From Caldimicrobium thiodismutans (GTDB taxonomy: Bacteria; Desulfobacterota; Thermodesulfobacteria; Thermodesulfobacteriales; Thermodesulfobacteriaceae): DNA of 32,000 bases. The stretch is from assembly GCF_001548275.1 (NCBI RefSeq), contig NZ_AP014945.1, positions 450,001 through 482,000 of the forward strand, in the 5' to 3' direction. How positions within the stretch are numbered: position 1 is the first letter of the stretch; each line of letters starts with the position of its first letter. The notes beneath the pieces were generated by a model. It saw only the letters and a program-made list of their open reading frames with translations. It was not told the origin of the DNA and searched no databases. A program made the translations under genes and the position numbers. Below are positions 25,191-32,000 of the stretch, piece by piece.

Positions 25191-27875
25191 ATGCGAGTTA
25201 GCAGGAGGACCTTTTTAAAAACCGCCCTTTTAGGAAGTGCTTTTTTAGCTGGTTCAAAGTATTTTAAAAAGGGGTTTACTGAGATTTCAAGGGATGAGGG
25301 TATTAAGTATGTAAGATCTACCTGTTCCCCTAATTGCACCGGAGCCTGTGGATTTAAGGCCATGGTTTATAGGGGAAGGCTTGTAGCCCTCATTCAGGCA
25401 GCTGATTATCCTGAGGAGGAATACAACCCCAGAGGCTGTCTTAGAGGGCAATCCATGATTAATCTTATTTATGGACCTGATCGGTTGAAACAACCCCTAA
25501 TCAGAGTTGGTAAAAGAGGAGAGGGAAGATTTAAGGCTGTAAGCTGGGATGAAGCCCTGGATTATACAGCTACAAAACTTGCAGAGATCATGAAAAAATA
25601 TGGTCCTGAGTCTGTGGCTTCTTTTATTCAAGTCCCTGGCACAGGATATGTTCAGAAAGGAGCCTTGATGAGGCTTTCTTCTATGTTGGGATGGAGTGTG
25701 ATTCATGCCTATACCATGAATGGAGATCTTCCCATGTTTTGGCCTATAACTTTTGGAGTTCAAACAGAGGAACTTGAAAGTCTTGAATGGGCAAATTCAA
25801 AATACACCCTTATTTGCGGTTCGAATATTCTTTGGACGCGTGTCCCGGATGCTAAATTTCTTCATCTTAGTAGGGAAAGGGGAGGAAAAATAGTAGTTGT
25901 TGATCCCAATTATTCTCCCACAGCAGCTGCAGCTGATGAATGGATTCAAATTAATCCTTCAACAGATGCTGCCTTTGCTTTAGGTTTAGCCCATGTAATT
26001 CTTTCTGAAGGTCTTTATGATGAGAATTTTGTCAAAACTTATACGGATTTACCTCTTCTTGTGAGACTTGACAATCAGAAAAAATTGAAAGCTGAGGAAG
26101 TGGCTGGACTTTCGGCTCAGGCTAAGGCTATGAAGAGCCGTCTTCCAGAATACCGAGAGTGTTATGTGGTTTATGATGTAAAGGCCAAAAGATTTGTAAT
26201 CCCCAATCCTGAAAATCTTAAAAGGGATTTTGAACCCTTTCTTGAGGGTGAGATTGAGGTCACCCTTGTGGATGGAAAAAAGGTGAAAGTTAAACCCGTT
26301 TTTCAGCTCTTAAAAGAGGAAATTCTTGCTAATTATAGTCCTGAAAAGGTGGCTCAGATAATTTCTCCATCAGCAGATAGGGTGAAAGAATATGAGGAGA
26401 TAGTAAAACGTATTGGAAGGGAAATAGCTACTATAAAGCCCCTTCACATTGTTTACGGAGCAAGTAATTATCAGTGGTATCATGGAGATCTTAAAGGTAG
26501 GGCCTATTCCCTTTTAGTAGCTCTTACAGGAAATCTTGGAAAGTCAGGGGCTGGAATTTCTACCTATGCAGGCCAATACAGGATTCGCTGGCCTCTCGGG
26601 GCCTGGTGGCAATTTAAAGGTAAGCCCTTAAAATGGGTCAGTTTTCTCCTCTGGCTGAATAAAGAATATAGAGAAAGTGAAGAATTTAAAAAGTATAATA
26701 AAGAGACTCCATATCCTCCCAATGATGTTAAAGCCCTTGTCTTTGGTTGGGGGAATCCCTTTGATCAGCATAACCTTGCCAATCGTTTAAGAGAGAAAGC
26801 CTTAAATGGGGAGCTTGAGTTAATTGTCAATTTTGATTTTCAGATGGCAACCTCTGTTGCCTGGTCAGATGTAATATTACCTGGAGTTGCCTGGTATGAA
26901 AAATATGACCTTACAGCCACAGTTCTTCATCCATATGTTCAGCTTCAACAGCCTGCTATTGAACCCCTCTTTCAGTGTATGCCTGAGATCTGGATTTGTA
27001 AAGAGCTTGCCAAAAGAGTGGCTGAAAAGTTAGGAGATGATGAGCTAAAAAAGGAGGTAAGAGAATTCTATGTAAATCCTGAACTTTTTGATAAAGAGGA
27101 ATCTGCAAGAAAGAAAGGAGAATGGAATCTAAGGCTTGCCAGAGAGATAGCTAATCAAGCCAGTCTTGATGCTGCAGACCTTATGTTAAAAACTGGGGGC
27201 CCCCTTGTTGAGGGAATTACCCTTGAAGCCCTTAAAAAGGGTCCTGTCCGTCTTAATTTGCCAGCCCCTGGAAAAAGACAGCTTGTCTTTTATGAACAGA
27301 TCCAGGAATACAAACCCTTTCCACCAGTGTCTTATCCAGCACCACTTCCCAAAACTGCAAGATTTGTCAAAAGTGGAAGAATTGAGTTTTACAAGGAGGA
27401 GGATGTCTTTATTGATCTTAAAGAAACTTTACCAGTGCACAAAGACCCTATCAAAGATACTGAACACAAAAACATGAAAGAAAAGTATTCTTTAATCTAT
27501 ATTACCCGTAATAGACTTTACACTGTTCATTCCACTCACAGCAATAACATTACTATGCTTGAGCTTCAGGACTTTAGACCAAGAATCTGGATCCATCCAG
27601 ATACAGCAAAAAAGAGAGGGATTAAAGAAGGGGATCTTGTTGAGATCTATAACGAGAGAGGAAAGGTTTATGCTTATGCTGTCCTTGATCCAGGAATTCA
27701 TCCTCAGATTGTAACTTTTGAAGAGGGATGGTGGAGTAGATACTTAAGGGGAACTTCCTATAATACTCTAATCTACCCCTGGATTAAACCTACTCATATT
27801 ATTTATTTTGTCCCAGGGATCTGGGAGGCAAGTACCTGCTGGAATGAAGCAGCATGTGAAATTAAAAAGGCCTAA
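25191..27875 (+). CDS. Tat-exported molybdopterin (Mo/W-bisPGD) oxidoreductase alpha subunit, NarG-like type II DMSO reductase family
   Basis: 894-aa protein with an SRRTFLK twin-arginine motif (aa 4-10). The FS0 motif is C45-x3-C49-x3-C53-x29-C83, embedded in VRSTCSPNCTGAC...DYP...PRGCLRG, which parallels E. coli NarG VRSTHGVNCTGSC...DYP...PRGCPRG. MNGDLP (Asp179, nt 25725-25727) aligns with the NarG Mo-ligand Asp in WYCDLP. AWYEKYD matches NarG TWYEKDD. Confidence 0.85.
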   Translation: MRVSRRTFLKTALLGSAFLAGSKYFKKGFTEISRDEGIKYVRSTCSPNCTGACGFKAMVYRGRLVALIQAADYPEEEYNPRGCLRGQSMINLIYGPDRLKQPLIRVGKRGEGRFKAVSWDEALDYTATKLAEIMKKYGPESVASFIQVPGTGYVQKGALMRLSSMLGWSVIHAYTMNGDLPMFWPITFGVQTEELESLEWANSKYTLICGSNILWTRVPDAKFLHLSRERGGKIVVVDPNYSPTAAAADEWIQINPSTDAAFALGLAHVILSEGLYDENFVKTYTDLPLLVRLDNQKKLKAEEVAGLSAQAKAMKSRLPEYRECYVVYDVKAKRFVIPNPENLKRDFEPFLEGEIEVTLVDGKKVKVKPVFQLLKEEILANYSPEKVAQIISPSADRVKEYEEIVKRIGREIATIKPLHIVYGASNYQWYHGDLKGRAYSLLVALTGNLGKSGAGISTYAGQYRIRWPLGAWWQFKGKPLKWVSFLLWLNKEYRESEEFKKYNKETPYPPNDVKALVFGWGNPFDQHNLANRLREKALNGELELIVNFDFQMATSVAWSDVILPGVAWYEKYDLTATVLHPYVQLQQPAIEPLFQCMPEIWICKELAKRVAEKLGDDELKKEVREFYVNPELFDKEESARKKGEWNLRLAREIANQASLDAADLMLKTGGPLVEGITLEALKKGPVRLNLPAPGKRQLVFYEQIQEYKPFPPVSYPAPLPKTARFVKSGRIEFYKEEDVFIDLKETLPVHKDPIKDTEHKNMKEKYSLIYITRNRLYTVHSTHSNNITMLELQDFRPRIWIHPDTAKKRGIKEGDLVEIYNERGKVYAYAVLDPGIHPQIVTFEEGWWSRYLRGTSYNTLIYPWIKPTHIIYFVPGIWEASTCWNEAACEIKKA

Positions 27876-27888
27876 GGAGGAGGGAAAG

Positions 27889-28668
27889 ATGCCAAGATGG
27901 GGAATGGCTATAGACCTTGGAAGATGTATAGGTTGCAGAAGTTGTGCCGTGATTTGTAAAATTCATAATGCTCTTCCACCAGGAACCTGGTGGCAAAGAG
28001 TTGAGACCATAGGGTCCAAGGTTCATCATACTCCTGTGGGAAGATATCCCGATTTTTCTGAGGTTTATCTTCCTGTGCCCTGTCAACACTGTGATAATGC
28101 TCCCTGTGTTAAAGTATGTCCTGTTGGAGCAACCTGGCAAAGGGAAGATGGGCTTGTTCTCATTGATTTTGAAAGGTGCATTGGTTGTAGATATTGTATG
28201 ACTGCCTGTCCCTATGGGGTCAGACAGTTTAACTGGCAGAATCCTGACAAAAACTTTAAGGAAGCTTTTAAAAAACTTGGTTATCCTCAAGACTGGTTTG
28301 CTGATTCTTCTTACAGACCTGGTTATCCCCTTGAACACAGAACTAAGGATGGAAGGCTTGTTTTTACTCCTAAGAGACCAAGGGGTGTGGTGGAAAAATG
28401 CACCTTTTGTGTCCAATATGTGGATCAGGGATTACCACCTGCCTGTGTCAGGGGATGTCCAGGAAATGCAAGGATCTTTGGAGATCTAAATGATCCCCAT
28501 AGTTTAATCTCTCAGGTTATTAAAAGAAGAGATGTGATTCGTATGAGAGAAGATTTAAATACCTCTCCCAAAGTTTTTTATCTCCTTCCGGAATATAAGA
28601 GTTACAGAGGAAGGATTATCTACGAGAGGGTTCTCAAAGCCTTTGAAGGAAAAGTGGTTAATCTGTAA
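27889..28668 (+). CDS. Four-cluster [4Fe-4S] electron-transfer beta subunit (PsrB/NrfC/DmsB-like)
   Basis: Four complete Cys groups are present: CIGCRSCAVIC, CQHCDNAPCVKVCP, CIGCRYCMTACP and CTFC...CVRGCP. The ATG at 27889 has a GGAGGAGGG RBS. The tracked 27808 start overlaps the alpha subunit gene. Confidence 0.9.
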   Translation: MPRWGMAIDLGRCIGCRSCAVICKIHNALPPGTWWQRVETIGSKVHHTPVGRYPDFSEVYLPVPCQHCDNAPCVKVCPVGATWQREDGLVLIDFERCIGCRYCMTACPYGVRQFNWQNPDKNFKEAFKKLGYPQDWFADSSYRPGYPLEHRTKDGRLVFTPKRPRGVVEKCTFCVQYVDQGLPPACVRGCPGNARIFGDLNDPHSLISQVIKRRDVIRMREDLNTSPKVFYLLPEYKSYRGRIIYERVLKAFEGKVVNL

Positions 28669-28690
28669 AAAATAAATGGAGGGGACAACC

Positions 28691-29959
28691 ATGCAGGGAA
28701 GATTTTCTAAAGTTTATAAAATCCTTGGTCTAATAATAGTTATTGGACTTTTAGCCTTTATCTATCAGTTATCCAGGGGATTAATTGTCACCCATATGCG
28801 AAACTCCTTCTCCTGGGGGCTTTACATTGCTACCTGGGCCTTTTTTGTTGGAACTGCTGCAGGAGGATTGGTAGTTTCCTCTTCCATTTACCTTTTCAAG
28901 GTTGAGACCTTAAAACCAGTAGCAAGACTAGCTACCATTACAGCCTTTGTCTTTGCTATTGCAGCTATGACCATACTTTTGCCAGATGTGGGAAGACCGG
29001 ACAGACTTTACAATGTTTTTATTCATCCCAATTTTAAAAGCCTTCTCCCTTGGGATTTTCTGGTTCTTTCTTCTTATTCACTGGTTTCTATAATTTATGC
29101 CTATGTTTTAATGAAGCCCGAGATTTATAAATTTGGAGTGAACTTTCCTTTTCTTGGCTTAAAGGGTAAAAAAGATATAAGTGATGAGGAGTATACGAGG
29201 TTAAAAGAGCAATCTTTTGCACAGGCTAAAAAGCTTGCTCCTATTGCGCTTCCCCTTGCTATTTTAATTCATACTGTCACAGCCTGGGTCCTTGCCACAC
29301 AGGCAGCAAGACCTTGGTGGTATGGAGGCCTTCTTGCTCCTACCTTTATTGCTACAGCTATCTCTACAGGCCCTGCTATTGTTATTCTCTTTTCCCTCTG
29401 GATTCTTGGTGTCAATGAAAAACTTCTTTCTGCCTATAGAGTCCTTGCCAAAATCTCAGCACTATCAAGCATAATCTTACTCTTTATGTATTACAATGAA
29501 TTTTTCATTCGCTTTTGGTGGCACCATGGAGAGGATTATGAAGCCTTAAAACTTCTTTTTACCAAGTATTTACATCTCCATGTGATTGAGGTCTTCTTCA
29601 TTCTTCTTTCAGCCTATCTATTTTTCAGATACTCAGATGTTCCAAAAAAACTTATTCAGGGAGGTATTGCTTTAATAATTGGAGTTTTTGCACATAGATT
29701 TTTACTTCTTCCCTCGGCATACAATATAATTCCTTTTAAAGTGCCTGTAATTGAAAGGTATGGTTCCGAGGAATGGAGCTATCCCATTGCCCACGGGGAA
29801 GTGACAGGGGATCTTTTAAATCCGGGAAGGATCTTTGTAGATTTCTGGAATTATTATCCCTCTGTTATTGAGATTTTAATAACAGCTGGTGTTATGGCAG
29901 CAGTTGTGTTTGTAATTTTAAAACTTTCAGAAATTTTACCTGTTGAAGAAAAAGCATGA
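28691..29959 (+). CDS. NrfD/PsrC-type integral membrane (quinone-interacting) subunit
   Basis: About 420-aa polytopic protein. The N-terminal pattern SWGLYIATWAFFVGTAAGG is typical of NrfD-family anchors. The ATG at 28691 has GGAGGGG 6-8 nt upstream. An alternative ATG lies at 28676. Confidence 0.85.
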   Translation: MQGRFSKVYKILGLIIVIGLLAFIYQLSRGLIVTHMRNSFSWGLYIATWAFFVGTAAGGLVVSSSIYLFKVETLKPVARLATITAFVFAIAAMTILLPDVGRPDRLYNVFIHPNFKSLLPWDFLVLSSYSLVSIIYAYVLMKPEIYKFGVNFPFLGLKGKKDISDEEYTRLKEQSFAQAKKLAPIALPLAILIHTVTAWVLATQAARPWWYGGLLAPTFIATAISTGPAIVILFSLWILGVNEKLLSAYRVLAKISALSSIILLFMYYNEFFIRFWWHHGEDYEALKLLFTKYLHLHVIEVFFILLSAYLFFRYSDVPKKLIQGGIALIIGVFAHRFLLLPSAYNIIPFKVPVIERYGSEEWSYPIAHGEVTGDLLNPGRIFVDFWNYYPSVIEILITAGVMAAVVFVILKLSEILPVEEKA

Positions 29960-30447
29960 AAAACCTTTGGTTCAAATATTATTCTTTACTTTTAAGTTAT
30001 CCTTCAAAAGACTGGCTTTATGAACTTGAAAATATTGAGAGGTATTTAGAAAAAGAAAAAAATGATTTTTTTAAATTCAGCCAGTTCTTTAAAAATTTTT
30101 CTCTACAGGAGTTGCAGGAAGAATACACCAATCTTTTTATCTCCTCATTCCCCACCCTTCCATGCCCTCCCTATGAGGCCTATTATAGGGAGGGCCTTCT
30201 TCTTGGTGAAACCTCTCAAGAGGTTTTAGATTATTATGAAAAAACTGGATTTCAATTTTTCAAAGAAGGCGAGGCCCCTGATCATATTGCTGTGGAACTG
30301 GAATTCTGCGCCCTTACCGAGGACCTTACCTTTATTAAAAGGATTAAAAATTGGTTTAACGATCTAAAAGAATGTGTAGAAAAAAGTTCTCAAATTTATA
30401 GTAAGATTGTAAAATTTATAAGTGAAGAATTAAAAAAGTGGGAATAA
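29956..30447 (+). CDS. TorD/DmsD/NarJ-family redox enzyme maturation chaperone
   Basis: 163-aa protein with the family pattern YTNLF...PPYEAYY...G...VLDYYEKTGF...APDHIAVELEF. Its start overlaps the upstream stop as ATGA. Confidence 0.8.
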   Translation: MKNLWFKYYSLLLSYPSKDWLYELENIERYLEKEKNDFFKFSQFFKNFSLQELQEEYTNLFISSFPTLPCPPYEAYYREGLLLGETSQEVLDYYEKTGFQFFKEGEAPDHIAVELEFCALTEDLTFIKRIKNWFNDLKECVEKSSQIYSKIVKFISEELKKWE

Positions 30448-30449
30448 AA

Positions 30450-31040
30450 ATGCCAAAAAAAATTTCCATTTCAGAGGAAGATATTTTATCTGCTATGAAA
30501 TCTCTGGGAACATACATTGATATTACTCCCGAAGATTTCAAAAAATTATATGAAATTGTCTGGCAGAAAGTTAAGGAAAAATTTCTGTATGAAACTAAAG
30601 CCAAAGATATTATGAATCCCGAAGTTTTATATGTTTTTCCTGAAGATAAACTTGAAGAGGTTATAATCCAGATGGCAGAGAGAGGAGTTTCTGGGGTGCC
30701 TGTAGTAGAAAAGGAGAAGGTGATGGGTATTCTTTCGGAGAAGGATATCCTAAAGGGTATAGGGATTAGTAAATCCATAGGACTTTTATCAGCATTGGCT
30801 GAATGTCTTAAAAGGAGTGAATGTTTATTAGAAGAAGTTTTAACTAAAAAAGTAAAAGATTTCATGACCTCGCCTGCCATTACTGTTAATCTTAACGATC
30901 CTGTAGTCAAAGTAATTGAATTATTCAAGAAAAAAAGGATAAACCGTGTGCCAGTGATTGATAATGAGGGAAAACTTAAAGGTATTATTGCCCGAGGAGA
31001 TATATTTCTTTTGCCCTTTTTTGAAGAGGAACTTTCATGA
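30450..31040 (+). CDS. CBS-pair domain protein
   Basis: Two CBS motifs are present (KDIMNPEVLYV...GVSGVPVV and VKDFMTSPAITV...RINRVPVID). The ATG at 30450 lies 2 nt after the chaperone stop. An alternative GTG lies at 30438. Confidence 0.85.
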   Translation: MPKKISISEEDILSAMKSLGTYIDITPEDFKKLYEIVWQKVKEKFLYETKAKDIMNPEVLYVFPEDKLEEVIIQMAERGVSGVPVVEKEKVMGILSEKDILKGIGISKSIGLLSALAECLKRSECLLEEVLTKKVKDFMTSPAITVNLNDPVVKVIELFKKKRINRVPVIDNEGKLKGIIARGDIFLLPFFEEELS

Positions 31041-31579
31041 CTCTTGGTGAGTATTTTTCTAAAATGAAAGGAGGAGCCAAGTCTCCTCCCAGGGTAAGTC
31101 TTTTAGAGGTCTTCTGGTCCTTTGTGGGAAGTTTTCTTGGGATTGGTCTTGTAGCCTTTATTCACAGTTTTTATGTTGAGCCCCGGGGACTTTTTTTGGT
31201 AATAGCCTCATATGGGGCTTCAGCGGTTTTAATTTATGGAGCACCCCATAGTCCTCTTGCTCAGCCAAGAAATCTTTTAGGAGGACATTTATTATCAGGA
31301 TTTGTGGGCGCATTGATTGCCAAACTTGTCCCGTTTTATTTCCTTGCCTGTGCCTTGAGTGTTTCCCTTGCCATTGTGGTTATGCATCTAACCAAAACCC
31401 TTCACCCTCCAGGAGGAGCAACAGCCCTTTTTGCAGTGATTGGAGGAGAAAAGGTGCAAAGACTCGGCTTAATTTATGCCTTATTCCCTGTTCTAACAGG
31501 AGCTATTCTTATGCTAATAATTGCCCTTCTTGTGAACAATCTTTCTAAGGTAAGAAGATATCCTGAATACTGGTGGTGA
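31037..31579 (+). CDS. HPP-family membrane protein
   Basis: 180-aa protein with four or more TM segments and the eponymous motif KTLHPPGGATAL. Its start overlaps the CBS gene stop as ATGA. Confidence 0.85.
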   Translation: MTLGEYFSKMKGGAKSPPRVSLLEVFWSFVGSFLGIGLVAFIHSFYVEPRGLFLVIASYGASAVLIYGAPHSPLAQPRNLLGGHLLSGFVGALIAKLVPFYFLACALSVSLAIVVMHLTKTLHPPGGATALFAVIGGEKVQRLGLIYALFPVLTGAILMLIIALLVNNLSKVRRYPEYWW

Positions 31580-31581
31580 TT

Positions 31582-32000
31582 TTAAGAAGGGCTCCTAAAG
31601 AGAAGGTATATACCAAGAGCGATTAAAAAGGTTCCGATGATTTTGCTTAAGGTTAGAGGTTCTTTCAAGATAAGGATGGCAAGAAAGGTGGCTACAAGGG
31701 GATAAGTTGCGGTAAGAGGAACAATTTGAGAAGCTTGGTGCATCTTAAGAAGGGAAAAGTAAAAATACATTCCAAGAAAGCCTGCGGTTATCCCTGAAAG
31801 GCATAGATAAAATAGATCCCTTTTTTCAAGGATTTTTAAAGCTTGAAAGGAAGAGGTAAAGAGAAGGGCAAGGGTAATTCCAATAAGGGCTGAAAGGGTT
31901 CTAATCCAGAGGCCAATAAGGGGCTCAACTTTTTTTAATCCCACCTTTTCAAGGGTTGGGCTTATGCCCCAGAAAAAGAGGGTAAGAAGCCAAAGTATCA
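31582..32000 (-). CDS. EamA/DMT-family transporter, C-terminal part (open to the window edge)
   Basis: The frame stays open upstream of the tracked GTG at 31944. Hand translation gives ILWLLTLFFWGISPTLEKVGLKK, which is EamA-like. The gene is therefore truncated at position 32000. Confidence 0.75.
   Translation of the reverse strand, partial: ILWLLTLFFWGISPTLEKVGLKKVEPLIGLWIRTLSALIGITLALLFTSSFQALKILEKRDLFYLCLSGITAGFLGMYFYFSLLKMHQASQIVPLTATYPLVATFLAILILKEPLTLSKIIGTFLIALGIYLLFRSPS

Noticed and set aside
25169-25363. 64-aa minus-strand ORF overlapping the start of the molybdoenzyme gene
   Set aside because: It is antisense to the Tat-signal region of a well-supported CDS. It has no RBS and no recognisable motif.
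25191-27875. Possibility of a selenocysteine (TGA-recoded) or Cys-ligated molybdoenzyme of the formate dehydrogenase or polysulfide reductase type
   Set aside because: The ORF is uninterrupted with no in-frame TGA. The region aligning to the Mo ligand carries Asp in a NarG-like GDLP context, and the FS0 spacing is the type II C-x3-C-x3-C rather than C-x2-C-x3-C.
27808-27888. Upstream extension of the beta subunit ORF overlapping the alpha subunit by 68 nt
   Set aside because: The extension has no RBS. The ATG at 27889 is preceded by GGAGGAGGG and gives the canonical MPRWGMAIDLGRCIGC N-terminus.
27862-28416. 184-aa minus-strand ORF, together with other antisense ORFs (1799-2023, 2306-2542, 4966-5202, 6520-6792, 7581-7877, 10265-10522, 13356-13550, 15190-15583, 15637-15951, 16423-16797, 18532-18826, 23399-24022, 25287-25763, 27492-27701, 30416-30928)
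   Set aside because: All lie entirely inside strongly supported genes on the opposite strand. They lack RBSs and have low-complexity or skewed composition typical of shadow ORFs.

Overview
This is a low-GC, densely packed bacterial chromosome segment. By inference it comes from a thermophilic sulfate reducer of the Thermodesulfovibrio or Thermodesulfobacterium type. I saw no rRNA, tRNA, CRISPR array or mobile element. The content is mostly core metabolism: dsrA-dsrB-dsrD with a consensus promoter and terminator; a minus-strand block of DUF465, ilvB, ilvN, tkt, tatC and tatA; an SPFH protein; hcp; a split monohaem cytochrome c gene; mnmG; a PcnB-like nucleotidyltransferase plus a SagB-type nitroreductase; amtB-glnK; an rpoD-family sigma factor; and a long minus-strand operon (ferredoxin, zinc-ribbon protein, tandem Usp, Ca/Na antiporter, folC, compact UvrD-like helicase). 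The most interesting locus is a tightly coupled six-gene plus-strand operon at 25191-31579. It encodes a Tat-exported NarG-like (type II, Asp-ligand) molybdoenzyme alpha subunit, a four-cluster beta subunit, an NrfD-type membrane subunit, a TorD/NarJ-like chaperone, a CBS-pair protein and an HPP-family membrane protein. Its substrate is unknown. Three nearly identical FNR/CRP-type palindromes (TCCTTGATCTAnATCAA) sit at the same distance from -10-like hexamers upstream of hcp, the cytochrome c gene and the ferredoxin. The ferredoxin is divergent from the molybdoenzyme operon, so the sites suggest one nitrogen-oxide or redox regulon. Other oddities are four TTAAC repeats phased at exactly 11 bp, a perfect 16-bp hairpin that sequesters an RBS, a slippery heptamer at the cytochrome frame break, and a PcnB-like gene with no canonical start codon.
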